In this document: piece by piece, positions 38,680 through 51,935 of the stretch
Layout of the letters: every line of letters begins with the position of its first letter
Position numbering within the stretch: position 1 is the stretch's first letter
DNA from: Chiloscyllium plagiosum
Taxonomy: Eukaryota
Length of the DNA: 64,000 nt
Reading direction: 5' to 3'
Assembly: GCF_004010195.1 (NCBI RefSeq)
Contig: NC_057719.1
Span: 14,196,364 to 14,260,363, forward strand
Notes under the pieces: model-generated
What the model saw: only the letters and a program-made list of their open reading frames with translations
Database searches by the model: none
Told to the model about the DNA's origin: nothing
Program-made: the position numbers and the translations under genes

Positions 38680-38805
38680 CTACACATCCTTGGCCCCCTG
38701 GTGGAATCTCAAAACCTTGGTCACAATGGCAACGAAAGGATCCATCTGTATTTTCGCAATATCCATGAGTACCACAGATCGTTCCATTCATACACTCATC
38801 AATAT
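38680..38805 (-). CDS. LTBP2: LTBP2-like exon D, cbEGF ([42 protein letters not shown])
   Basis: Acceptor ttgcgcag|AT, donor G|gtaagt; 126 nt; [16 protein letters not shown] matches LTBP2 as recalled. Confidence 0.92.
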
Positions 38806-38949
38806 CTGCGCAAACCAAACAAATTGGAACTAATTACTGATGTTCATTATTGTTCAGTAATACTGAAAACCTAACTAAAGGAACACACAATAGTGATTAC
38901 TGGATTCAGGGGTTCATTCTTCCAGTGCCTTATGATGATCCTACTCATA

Positions 38950-39271
38950 GATGCAGGTTTGCTCGCTGAGTTGGAAGGTTCATTTCCAGACGTTTCATCA
39001 CTCTTCCAGGTAACACCTTCAGTGGGTCTCCAGGTGAAGTACTGCTGCCGATCCCTGCTTGACATCACCACAGGAAATGACATCACCAACCCAAAGAAGC
39101 CCAAATATATAAATAGAAAGCAGGAATCAGCAGCAATACTTTGCCAGGAGGCCCACTGAATATGTTAGCTAGTAGGGTGACGAAACATCTGGAAATGAAC
39201 CTACCAGCTCAGCAAGAAAACCTACATCCAGAACCTCAACCTGAGCTACAAATCGTCCCAAAACTTACTAA
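38950..39271. mobile_element. Fold-back Penelope-type insertion with hammerhead-like cores on both strands
   Basis: Inverted arms ~38950-39027 and ~39152-39229; 13 bp TSD gatcctactcata. Confidence 0.75.
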
Positions 39272-40424
39272 GATCCTACTCATAAATTGACTGGGTTAAT
39301 GATACTCCACAGATAAATTTATGTTCTTACTGTTTATAATAGCAAGAAAACCAATGAGGAGGTCCAATGGATTTCCGATCTATTGATCACTACTTGATCA
39401 TTTAGGAAGATTAAAGTTACCACTGTCATGGCAATGACACTGACTTTGGCCTCTTCCCACATGACAGTAATCCTGGGGCAAATGTCTATACTCCTTTTTC
39501 TTATTTTTCTCTCCCAAAACATATGAACCTCAAACCTATTCAAGATGAGTCTTTGTTTGATCAGATGGTTTACAAAAAGGACCAAAGTCAAAATGAGTTA
39601 AATCATGAGGCAATTGCCAAGGTCCTATAACCCTAATTATTTTATCAATTATACTTTTCAACCATTTATGCACATCTGCTCGGTATTTCTAGGGAGCACT
39701 ATCTACCTGTGTCCTGTTTGACAACAGTAATTTCTTTATAAGTGAAATGCATACGCTTTCTCAGCAACTGCTTAAGAACATTTAAAAAGATTGGATAGAA
39801 CTTAATTCTTGCTGAAAAGAGATCATTTTTCTCAATGTATTGTTGAAATATAAGGCTGATGGCTTAATAGCACCTGCAGCACAGAACCTCCAGCTGCGGA
39901 TTATCATTTGGCAGGTAAATCCTCAAAAGCAAAGTTCGACAATACCAAATACTAATGCTTAATAGGAATTCTCAAAAGACATGGCAGAGAAGCATTTTGA
40001 CAATCATTAAAGTTCAAGACAGTTCATATAAACTATTAAAAGGGCCACTGTTAGGTATTTTACTACATTCTGTAACCATAATAAATTGTAACAGCTGCAC
40101 ATAGTTGGAACAAAGCTTTTGGTTTCATTGCTAATATCAACATAATGTCAGCACTGTAACATTCATCAAGGATGTGGCTAAGGTAGTGCTAAACTCCAAG
40201 AGTCCAATTTTAACTCTGGATAAATGAATGAATTGTGAGTAAGTTAACATCTTGTACTTAGAACAGGCTATATTATATTTTGGTTGTTTCCAATCTATTC
40301 CTTACACACAGTACATTCATGCATCACACTAATCAATGGAAATGTCCGCTTGGCTAACAGCACTTCAAACCACAGTGACATTGTACAGTGAGTGAATTAA
40401 AAGTATACTGCAACCAATTCAAAG

Positions 40425-41045
40425 GGCCTTTATTGGTCAGCACATTGAGTATAGGAGTTGGGAGGTCATGTTGTGGCTGTACGGGACATTGGTTTGGCCA
40501 CTTTTGGAATACTGCATTCAATTCTGATCTCCTTGCTATAAGAAGGATGCTGTGAAACATGAAAGAGTGCATAAAAGATTTACAAGGATGTTCCAGGGTT
40601 GGAGGATTTGAGCTATAGGGAGAGGCTGAATCGGCTGGGACTAGTTTCCCTACAGCTTGGAGGCTGAGGATGGCCTCACAGAAGTTTATAAAATCTGAGG
40701 GGCATGGATAGGGTGAACGGCCATGGTTTTTTTCCCAGGTTAGGGGAGTCCAAAACTAGAGGACATAGGTTTAAGGTGAAAGGGGAATGATTTAAAAGGG
40801 ACCTAAGGTCCAACTTTTTCATGCAGAAGGTGGACTGTGTATGGAATGAGCTGCCAGAGGAAGTGCTGGAGGCTGGTATAATTACAGCATTTAAAGGCAT
40901 CTGGTTGGGCATATGAATAGGAAGGGTTCAGAGGGATATGGGCCAGGTGCTGGCAAATGAGACTAGATTAAGTTAGGATATCTAGTTAGCATAGACAAGT
41001 TGGACCGAGGGGTCTGTTTCTGTGCTGTGCAACTCTATGACTATA
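40425..41045 (+). mobile_element. CR1-group LINE 3' fragment
   Basis: Homologous to 8620-9240. Confidence 0.85.
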
Positions 41046-41364
41046 AGTCAAATATAATTCAATATCATACAACCAAACATTTTATATTCCTGGGAGAGTT
41101 TTGGAATGAATATATCTTCAAGGATGGTTGGAACATTATTTATTACAGATGACAATTTCATGGCAGATTGCTTTTCCTGTCACACTTGTGTGAAATGATA
41201 GTAGTATCCTATAGGATACCACCAAGGCAACACATTATTACAAAAAAAGTTGGAGTCTTGTTCAGATTGATGTAACATATATTAATTATTTCTTGTTAAA
41301 GTGTAAGCACGTTGTTGGAAACAACTTGTAACCTAGCTAGCACTAGAGTGTGGTGAATTCACAG

Positions 41365-42625
41365 AAACATAGCAACCTGGAGGAGGAGCAGGCTATTCAG
41401 CCCTTTCAGACGGCTCTGCCATTCAATATGATCTAACTCAACAAGCGGTTCCTATTTCTCCTCCATAAGCTTTGATCTCCTTCACCTCCTGTTCTATATA
41501 TAAATCATCCTGAAAACTTACAATATTTTAGTGTTGACTCCTGTCTGTAGTAGCAAATCCACCAACTCACCACTCTCTGGTGAAAGGTTTTTCCTCATCC
41601 CAGTCCTAAATGATTTACCCTGTTATCCTGAGACCGTGACCCCTGGTTCTGGGCAACCCAGCCCTCAGGAACAGCTTTATTGTATCTACCCTTTCTAGTC
41701 CTGTGGAATTTTACAGGTTTCTATGAGATCTTGCTTCTGAACTCCAGTGAATATAATCCCGACCGATTTAACCTCTCCTTATACGTTGGTTCTTAAGAAT
41801 CAATCTGGTAAACCTTTGCTGCATTCCCTCTATATCAAGAACATCCTTCCCTAGATAAGGAGACCGGAACTGCATACAATATTCCCAGTGTGGTCTCACC
41901 AAGGCCCTGTACAATACCCCTATTCATTAATTTGTTATCCATTAATGACCTTGAAAGCCATTAATTATCTTGTCATAAAGGCAATTAAGAATAGATAACA
42001 AAGACTGGCCTTGCCAGTGACACTGAACCTGAACAAGAAAGAGAAAAGAACTTAATTAAACTAATCTTAATCAAATTCACTAGTTGGGAAAGTGAAGGGA
42101 TTTTGTATAGCTCTGCGTTTACACCTATTCCATAATAGTTTTTATTGGATTTAAGATTGTGTCAGTATGCCAAAAGATACATTCGGTTAAAATTGAACCC
42201 TTTGATGCAGTTAAGTTAGTGTCATACAGCACAGAAATGGACCCTTCGGTCCAACTAGTCCATGCTAACCATGTTCCCAAACTAAAGTAGTCCCACCTGC
42301 CTATGCTTAGTTCATTTTCCTGTACCCATGTACCCATCCAAATATCTTTTAAACATTGTAACTATGCCCAATCCACCACTTCCTCTGGCAGTTCATTCCA
42401 CACATAAAACACTACTTGAGTAAGAAAATTGGCCCACATGTCCTTTTTAAGTCTTTCTCCTGTCATCTTAAAAATATGAGCCCTAGTTTTGAACTTCCTC
42501 ACTTTTGGGAAAAACCCTTGTCATTCACTTATCTATGCCCCTCATGATTTTATAAACTACGATAAAGTCACCCCCTAACCTCCAACACTCCAGTGAAAAA
42601 TGTCCCAGTCTTCCCAGCCTATTTT
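41365..42625 (-). mobile_element. Two CR1-group LINE 3' fragments (41365-41915, 42220-42625)
   Basis: Reverse-complement LINE 3' motifs. Confidence 0.7.
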
Positions 42626-44552
42626 TCCCTCTTGCCAACATAGGATTGTCAAGAGGATTATGTTGGTGCCCTCTATTTTAATGTGGGAATGTTTGTAACA
42701 TTCTCCCTGAAGAGTTCACAAGTAAGTCCATGGTACGTTTGTCTAAGACTTCAAACCCAATATTCTTCTTCTCTCCAAGAAGATCCATTTGAAATCCATC
42801 CTCTCTGGAGACTGAACAAGTTCATTTTCTTCACTGTATAACTAATGCTTGTGTTAACCTGACTGAACACTTGTGAGTCATGTCTTTGGTATTTTGAATT
42901 GGATAAAACATTGACAAGTTTAATATAATGGAACACTTCTGTAAACTGCAAAGGACTTTCAGGTCTCAAACGATCTCTCCTTATTATTCCATGTTTGCAC
43001 AGGATGTATATGTCTGTCTGTAAAATAAGCAATAAACTCATGCAACAGCATGTTGCATATATGCTCACATTATACATAGGTAAAAGACTGAGAGCAGAAC
43101 ATGATCTCATTCTGTCTGCCATCTGTATTTGCCCATTAATATCTTTAGTTTCAATACTTTCTTTTATTAGCAACGAATGACACGTGCAAAAACAGTATGG
43201 AATAGTGGGTACTCACATTCACCATTACACAGGCTGAGCTTTATGGATTCAATAAAGCATCACATTGAAATAACAAAGTGGTCAAAGCACAGGAATGGAA
43301 GCAGTCTGTGAACAGTTAATGGTTTACCCCCTTGATTAATAAATATAAGGCAGCTTGGGAGCAGCTTAAATATGTAAAAGAAAGGAAATTAGAAAACAGG
43401 GGAAAAGTACAAAAGTACCCAAATTTATACTGAAAAGAAAATCACAGATTTCCTCCTAACTTTATCCTTCCTCTGAGCTAGCAGGACAGTTTTAGACCTG
43501 CCAATCTAAACATTCTTCAGAGTTGATTGTTGTCAATGCTGTTACTTGACAGTAAAGTTAGCCGTTGTGGATCGGAGGTGACTTGGCAACTTTTCTTCGC
43601 ACGTCTAAACCATCCATATTCCTATTCATTACCCTCCAAACTGAACACACTTAATAAATCGAGTGAGGAATAATTGTAAGAATAATAGAAATTGGAGCAG
43701 GAATAAAGTATACAGATACTCAAGCCTGCCCTATCTTTCAATAACCTTCATGGCTATCCTCTGCCTCCACTGCATGATAATCAGTGATTCAAATCTCTCA
43801 TCATCTGAATTGAAAGTGTTAAAGTGTTGATACGTTTAAAGCAGGAGGACTACAAATACTGGCTTGATTGAAACGTGAATGCTTGGACTTGGTCAATCTA
43901 ATGAATATCATATGCACAGAGCACTAACCCAGTCACAAAAGTCAACAGGCATTATACAATTCCCGAAAGGAGCATTAGACAGGTTTCCTTTAGGAACTGG
44001 AATATTTTTTCTTCCAAATTTCAAAGCTGTCAGTAATTTATATTCTACACGAATATAAAATACAGCTTTGGTACTGTTCATTAATTTTAGATCTTTTAGA
44101 AGTTGGATATTTACTTAATGCTGGCAGCACTGTGGGGCTATGTTGAGGTCACAGTAAATTCTAGAACCAAGAGAATTTGTAATGCGCATTTGTTGAGTGA
44201 GAGGTATTTCAGAAACTTCAGTCACTGTTGCTTCAACAACAAGAGTTAACTTCAGTTAATTTAACCCTAAAAAGTTTCTCCGGGTATATAGTAGATTTGT
44301 ACTAAGTATGAAGTCCAACTGCACTGATAAATATCAGACAATTTAATTAAAGCTGAAATTGTGCTGCTTTGCTGCCATTTTTGATTTAGTACGAGGCGGC
44401 TTTAGGCAAATATCAGCATTAAAATGGCAGCATATTTTGAGTCGCTTCCTAATCTGTTCCCAAATTGCTCTAAGTTCTAGCAATGTGGGACTCTCTCCTT
44501 GAGAGATGACCAAAGCTGCCTAAGTTTTAAGAAGTTCACTACACCTCCAGTC

Positions 44553-45075
44553 TAGATTAGATTCCCTACAGTGTGGAAACAGGCCCTTCAGCCCAACCAG
44601 TCCACACCGACCCTCCGAAGAGTAACCCACCCAGACCCATTTTCCTCTGACTAATGCATTTAACACTTTAGCATGGCCAAAGCTCCTGACCTGCAAATCT
44701 TTGGTCTAATATGAGGTTAAAGTGAGGGGCATGGATAGGATAGACATAAATAAACCCTTCCCCTTGATGGAGGGATAAATGACCAGGGCATAGATTTAAA
44801 GTAAGGGGCAAAAAGTTTAGAGGGGATGTGAGGAAAAGATTTTTCACACAGAGGATCATGGGAATTTAGAACTTACTGCCTGTGAGGGTGGTAGAGGCAA
44901 TAACCCTCATAACATTTAAGAAATATTTAGATGTGCATTTGCAATGCCAAGGCATACAAGGATATGGACCAAGTGTTAGAAAATGAGATTAGAATAGTTA
45001 GGTGGCTGTTTTTGACTGGTGCAGATACAAATGGGCCAAAGGTCCTTTTTATATGCTGTAGACCTCCATGATTCT
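44553..45075. mobile_element. SINE 3' part (minus, 44553-44705) abutting a LINE 3' end (plus, 44715-45075)
   Basis: Shared tails. Confidence 0.75.
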
Positions 45076-45259
45076 AAATACTACTTTAACTTCATGGAAT
45101 GTGTCAGTTCCATTTGGTTATAAAGTTTCTCTAATGCGTTTAATCTCGAGGGTCGAAAGATGCTCTAACTTAAAATTGAACTTTGTTGGGGAGCATAGCT
45201 TTGAGTATGAATCAGACGTGCATGTAGTTCAGTAGTTATGACTATGAGGCTGCTAACCG

Positions 45260-48200
45260 ATAGACCATAAAACCATAACTTATCGAAGCAGAATTAGGTC
45301 ATTTGGCCCATCAAGCCTGCTCTGCCAATCAATCATGGCTGATGTGTTTCGCAATCCTATTCTTCTGCCATCTCCCCATAACTCTTGATCCCCTTATTAA
45401 TTAAGAACTTATTTCTCTCTGCCCTAAGTACAATTCAATGACATAGCCTCCACAGTCTTCTGTGACAAAGAGTTCTACAGATTAACCACCCTCTGGCTGA
45501 AGAAATTACCCCTCATTTCAGTTTGAAAGGGTCGCCCCTTCAATTTGAGGTTGTACTCTCTGGTCCCAGTCTCTCGGACTAATGGAAACATCTTTTCCAT
45601 GGCCATGCTATCCAGGTTTCTCAGTGTTGAGTAAGTTTCAATCAGATCCCACCTCATCCTCCTCAAATCCATAAACCCAGAGTCCTCAACCACTCCTCAT
45701 ATGACGTGACCTTCGTCTCCGGGATCATTTTTATAAATCTCCACTCAACCCCTCTAATGCCAGCATATCCTTCCTTAGATATAGGGCCCAAAACTGCACA
45801 CAACATTCCAAATGCGGTCTGACCAGAGTCTAATACAGGTTCAGCAGTACATCCCTGCTGTTATATTTTAGCCCTTTGAAATGAATGCTGACATTCCATT
45901 TGCCTTTCTAACTGACAAATGAACCTGCATGTTAAACTTACGAGAGCATTGAACTGAGACTCTCAAGACCCTGTGCTTCAGATTTCTGAAGCTTTCCCCA
46001 CTTCGAAAAAAGCCTATGCCTCTACTCTTCCTACCAAAGCACATAACCTCACACTTGCCCACATTGTATTCCATCTGCCACTTATTTGCCCACTCTCCCA
46101 GCCTGTCCAAGTACATCTGCAGCTTCCTCACTTCCTCAACACTTTCTGCTCCTTCATCTATCTTTGTGTCATGTGCAAACTTAGCAATAATGCCTCTAGT
46201 TCCTTCATCTAGATCATCAATGTATAACTTGAATAGTTGTCGTTCCAACAGGGACCCTTACTAAACTCCACTAGTCACCAGGTGACATCCTCAAAAAGAC
46301 CCCTTTATTCTTATTCTCTACCTTCTGCCAATCCTCTATTCATGCCAGTATCTGCCTCTGGCATCATAGCCTCTTCCCTTATTAAGCTACCTTCTGTGTG
46401 GAACCTTGTCAAAGGCCTCCTGGAAATCCAATTAGATCACCCTCACTGGCTCACCTTTGTCTTACTTTCTTTGAACGTCCTCAAAGAAGTCTCATGGATT
46501 TGTCAGGCATGATTACTTTACACAGAGGGTGGGAGGTACCTGGAACGCGTTGCCAGCAGAGGTAGTAGAGGCACGCACAGTAGATTCTTTTAAGGTGCAT
46601 CTGGATAAATGCATGATTAGGCAGGGAGCAGAGGGTTACAGATCCTTGGAAATTGGGCGATAGGTTTAGACAGTGGATTTCAAGCGGTTCAGGCTGAAGG
46701 GCCTATTCCTGGGCTGTAAATTTCCTTTGTTCTTTATGATCTTCCCTTGATAAAGCCAAACTGACTCAGCCCTTTTTTTACCATGCACATCCAAGTTCTT
46801 CACAATCTCACCCTTCATGATGGCCTCTAAAATCTTACCAGTGACTAAGGTTAGGCCAATCAGCCCATCTTTTGCCTCCCTCCCTTCTTAGCCTCCCTCC
46901 TTTCTTAAACAGGGGTGCTACACTAACCATTTTCCAGCCCTCTGACACTCTCCTTGACTCCAGTGATTCCTGAAAGATCACCACCAATGCTTCCACAATC
47001 TCTTCAGCTACCTCCTTTAAAATTCAGGGGTGCAGTCCATTTGGTTTGGGTGATTTATCCACCTTCAGACCTTTCAGCTTCCCCAGCACCTTCTCCTTAG
47101 TGATGGTCATTACACTCACTCCTGACCCCCCATCCCCCGATTCCATTAAAGTTCCAGTAAGTTGCTGGTAACTGCTGTTGTGAAAATTGATGCAAAGTAC
47201 CTGTTCAGTTCCTCTGCCATTTTTTAATTCCCCATTACTACTAATCCAGCCTCATTTTTCAGCGATCCAATGTCCACTCTTGCCTCTCTCTTACCTTTTA
47301 GACATTTATTTAAAAACTCTTGCAATACTCTTTGATATTACTCGCTAGCTTACTCTTACATTTATCTTCTCCCCTCAATTGTTTTTTTTTATATATCTTC
47401 TGTTAGTTTTAAAGGCTTCCCAATCCTCTGGCTTCTTACTGATCTTCACCACATTGTGCGCTTTTTAAAAATTTTATGCTGTCCCTGACTTCCCTTGTCA
47501 GGCATGTTTGCCTCATCCTGCCCTGAGCATGGTTCTTCTCTCTTGGGATCTGCTGTGATCCTGAATTACCCCCAGAAACTCTTGCCATTGCTCCCCTTCC
47601 AAAAAACTCTGACTAGCTCTTCCCTCATGTTTTTATAATTTCCTTTACTCAATTATAACACCATTACATCTGATTTCAGCTTCTCCCTCTCAGACTGCGG
47701 GGCAAATTCGATCATATCATAGTCATTGCCCCCTAGAGGTTCCTTCACCTTAAGCTCCCTGATCAAGTCTGCCTCATTACACATCACCAAATCCAGAATT
47801 GCTTGTCCCTTATTGGGCTTTAGATTAGATTCCTACAGTGTGGAAGCAGGCCCTTCGGCTCAGCAAGTCCACACCGACCCTCTGAAGAGGTAACCACCCA
47901 GACTCATTTTCCTCTGACTAATGCCCCTAACAATATGGACAATTCACCTGACCTGCACATCTTTGGATTGTGGGAGGAAACCGGAGCACCCAGAGGAAAC
48001 CCATGCAGACACAGGGAGAAATGTGCAAATACCACACAGACAGTCACCCGAAGCGGGAATCGAACCCGGGTCCCAGTGCTAACCACTGAGCCACCTTGCC
48101 ATCCCACAAGCTGCTTCAAAAATCATCTTGTAGACATCCCAAGAACTCCTTATCTTGAAATTACTGCCAACATGATTTTCACACCTGCATATTGAGGTCA

Positions 48201-48490
48201 TAGAGTCATAGAGTCATAGTTCTTCCATGATTATTGTAACAGTGCCTTTCTTAATTGCCATTTCTGTCTCCTGGTTTATTTTCTTCCCCACATTCTGACT
48301 ACTGCGAGAATGCATGCACTTATCTCCAATCAGGGTCTTTGCTCCTTGATCATTCCTCACCTCTACCCACACAGATTCAATGCTTTCCAGCTCCACATTA
48401 CTTCTTGCTATCAATTTAATTTAATTTCTTACTATCAAGGCAACCCTGCCTCCTCTGCCCAAATGTTTGTCCTTTTGACAGAACGTGTAT
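45260..48490 (-). mobile_element. Old, long CR1-group LINE (endonuclease to 3' UTR) with a nested LINE tail (46513-46735, plus) and SINE (47820-48105, minus)
   Basis: ESVWVEVRN (APE-like), IAKFAHDTK and WQMEYNVGKCEVM remnants. Confidence 0.8.
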
Positions 48491-49272
48491 CCCCCAAGGT
48501 AGTAATCTCAGGATTACTACCTGAGCCATGCATCAAACTTGGATAGAATAAATCAAGACAAGGAGTTAAATTCAAGGCTTAAAGATGGGTGTGGGAAGAA
48601 TGGGTTTCGGTTCACTGAGGCACTGGTCCCAGTACTGGGATAGATGATGGGAATTGTGGATGGGTAGCCTCACTTGAAGTGTGCTGGGACCAGAAATATC
48701 AAAAAGATAGGGTTGTAGAGAGGGCTTTAAACCAATTAGACGTGTGTGTGTGTGGAGGGGGGGGGGGGGGGGGGGGGAAGGTTTATAAGGGGAAATGTGC
48801 AAACATGACATCCTTACTACTGGGGGAAGGATGGAGACCAAGGGGATATGGCTGCACTGCAGAGCAAGTATTTTTATAATTATACCAGAGTGGGACAGGA
48901 AATGTTAGAGTGTGCAAGCATAAAAATAAAAAAAACTGTAAATATTGCTTAAGGTGGAAAAAAGTCATTACAAGGTTAAGATAATAGTGAATTTTTTAAA
49001 TACTTCTGATATTCAAAACTAAATAACTAAACTGCACAAATAGAGGTTAATGGGTATAATCCTGTAGCCATTCCAGAGATATAGTTACAAAATCAGGGGG
49101 TTCAAGCAGGGGCTCAGGTATTTCAAAAAAAGTAATGCATGTCCCAGTTTACAGCCAAGTGTGATTGCGATTTCTTCATTGCTTCTGTTAGTGTATAATG
49201 ACAAGGAAGTGCCAATATCTGCCATGGTAGGGGAAATGGTCTGGCAAGGGGTGCTTCAGGTGGAATGTATAG

Positions 49273-49481
49273 TGAAATAACTCCACAGTTACTCCCGGTT
49301 GTCAAGTCACCCTTTATTTACACACGAACAGTCCTTGATTGTAATACTGTGTCATACAGAGTCAGTTTCCTTGACCCTCAACCCCTTTTTTCGCCAGCCG
49401 GGGCTCCCCGATTGGACCAGGTCGACAGCCCCTATCTGGGAATTCATATTCCAGCAGGCTGACCTTGTTACCACCGCTACA
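49273..49481 (-). mobile_element. Solo LTR, copy 3
   Basis: TG...CA ends, TSD-like tatag/gatag, AATAAA on the minus strand. Confidence 0.6.
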
Positions 49482-49814
49482 GATAGTGATATGCAGAGGG
49501 TGTCGTGTTGTGGATGGATGAAGGGTGATGTGCTACGTAGGGCCTAATTGCACAGCACAAAAGGGGGCATGTCCGAGAACTCGGCAGCACCTGTGGCTCC
49601 CTGCAATCTCTTTGCCAGCCTGATGCAGCTCATATCAGCCCTCAGTGATGAGGAACCCCGTGGTTGACTGCACTTTCTCTTCAGGCAGGCATTATCGAAG
49701 CCAAGAGTTGTCCTGACTCCACCACTATGTGGTTTGGTGCTGTAAATCAGGCCCTAATGGTATTTGATGGAAAAAAATACCTATGCTCTGATTACATACC
49801 TTTTCGGTCAATAG

Positions 49815-51280
49815 ACAATCGGTGCGGGAGTATGCCATTCTGCCCATCAATCCTGCACCACCATTCATTATGATCATGGCTGATCATCCTCAATCAGTAT
49901 CCTGTTCCTGCCTTACCTCCATAACCCTTCATTCCACTATCCTTGAGAGCTCTATCCAACTCTTTCTTAAACGAATCCAGAGACTGGGCCTCCACTGCCC
50001 TCTGGGGCTGAGCATTCCACACAGCCACCACTCTCTGGGTGAAGAAGTTTCTCCTCATCTCTGTCCTAAATGGCCTACCCCTTATTTTTAAGCTATGTCC
50101 TCTGGTTCGGGACTCACCCATCAGCGGAAACATGTTTCCTGCCTCCAGAGTGTCCAATCCTTTAATAATCTTATACNNNNNNNNNNNNNNNNNNNNNNNN
50201 NNNNNNNNNNNNNNNNNNNNNNNNNNNNNNNNNNNNNNNNNNNNNNNNNNNNNNNNNNNNNNNNNNNNNNNNNNNNNNNNNNNNNNNNNNNNNNNNNNNN
50301 NNNNNNNNNNNNNNNNNNNNATTTAGGTAGTAATCTGCCTTCCTGTTCTTGCCACCAAAGTGGATAACCATACATTAAACTGCATCTGCCATGCATCTGT
50401 CCACTCACCTAACCTGTCTAGGTCACCTTGTAATCTCCTAACATCCTCCTCACATTTCACCCTGCCACCCAGCTTAGTATCATCAGCAAATTTGCTAATA
50501 TTACTATTAATACCATCTTCTATATCATTAACATATATTGTAAAAAGCTGCGGTCCCAGCACGGATCCCTGCGGTACCCCACTGGTCAACGCCTGCCATT
50601 CCGAAAGGGAGCCGTTTATCACTACTCTTTTTGTTTCCTGTCAGCCAACCAATTTTCAATCCAAATCTGTACTTTGCACCCAATACCATGCGCCCTAATT
50701 TTGCCCACTAACCTCCTGTGTGGGACTTTATCAAAGGCTTTTGGAAAGTCCAGGTACACTACATCTACTGGATCTCCCTTGTCCATCTTCAGAATTACAT
50801 CCTCAAAAAATTCCAGAAGATTAGTCAAGCCCCTTCATAAATCCATGCTGACTCCGACTTATCCTGTTACTGCTATCCAGATGTGTCGTAATTTCATCCT
50901 TTATAATTGACTCCAGCATCTTTCCCACCACTGAGGTCAGACTAACTGGTCTACAATTTCCTGCTTTCTCTCTCGCTCCTTTCTTAAAAAGTGGTACAAC
51001 ATTAGCCACCCTCCAATCCGCAGGAACTGATCCTGAGTCTATTGAACTCTGGAAAATAATCACCAACGCATCCACGATTTCTGGAGCCACCTCCTTCAGT
51101 ACCCTGAGATGTAGACCATCAGGCCCTGGGGACTTAACAGCCTTCAGACCTAACAGTCTCTCCAACACCAATTCCTGGCAAATATAAATTCCCTTCAGTT
51201 CAGGTTCTTCAGCCACTGTTACCTCTGGGAGATTGCTTGTGTCTTCCCCAGTGAACACAGATCTGAAGTACCAATTCAGG
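49815..51280 (-). mobile_element. Relatively young CR1-group LINE fragment spanning an assembly gap
   Basis: [37 protein letters not shown] and KFADDTK motifs. Confidence 0.9.
50177..50320. other. Assembly gap (144 N)
   Basis: Run of N. Confidence 1.
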
Positions 51281-51349
51281 CAAGACAAGGGTTGCTAAAT
51301 TGAAGAAATAGCCGCCAACTTCAGCAAAGGCTCAATTTAGTATATTTCA

Positions 51350-51935
51350 TAATGTCTAAGACTAAGAGGGATTGAGTTTCAGAACCATGAGATTATGCTG
51401 CAGCTCTGGTGTGGCCACATTTGGAGTATTATATACAGTTCTGGTTACTGCATATAGGAAGGATGTGAAAGGGTTCAGAGGAGATTTTCTAGGATGTTGA
51501 TTGGTATGGAGGGAAGGTCTTACGAGGAAAGGCTGAGGGACTTAAGGATGTTTTCGTCAGAGAGAAGAAAGTTGAGAGGTGACTTAATTGAGATATATAA
51601 GATAATCAGAGGGTTAGATAGGGTGGACAGTGAGAGCCTTTTTCCTCGGATGGTGATGGCTAGCACGAGGGGACATAGCTTTAAATTGAGGGGTGACAGG
51701 TAGGACAGATGTCAGAGGTAGTGTCTTTACTCAGAGAGTAGTAGGGGCGTGGAACACACTGCCTACAACAGTGGTAGACTCGCCAACTTTAAGAGCATTT
51801 AAATGGGCATTGGATAGGCATATGGATGGCAATGGAATAGTGTAGATTAGATGGGCTTCAGATTGGTTTCACAGGTTGGCGCAGCATCAAGAGCTGATGG
51901 GCCTGTACTGCACAGTAATGTTCTATGTTCTATGC
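51350..51935 (+). mobile_element. CR1-group LINE 3' fragment
   Basis: SYEERLRDL...LRGDLIEIYKII. Confidence 0.85.

Noticed and set aside
48757..48777. G21 run as a functional G-quadruplex
   Set aside because: Simple homopolymer inside a LINE remnant; length unreliable and no supporting context
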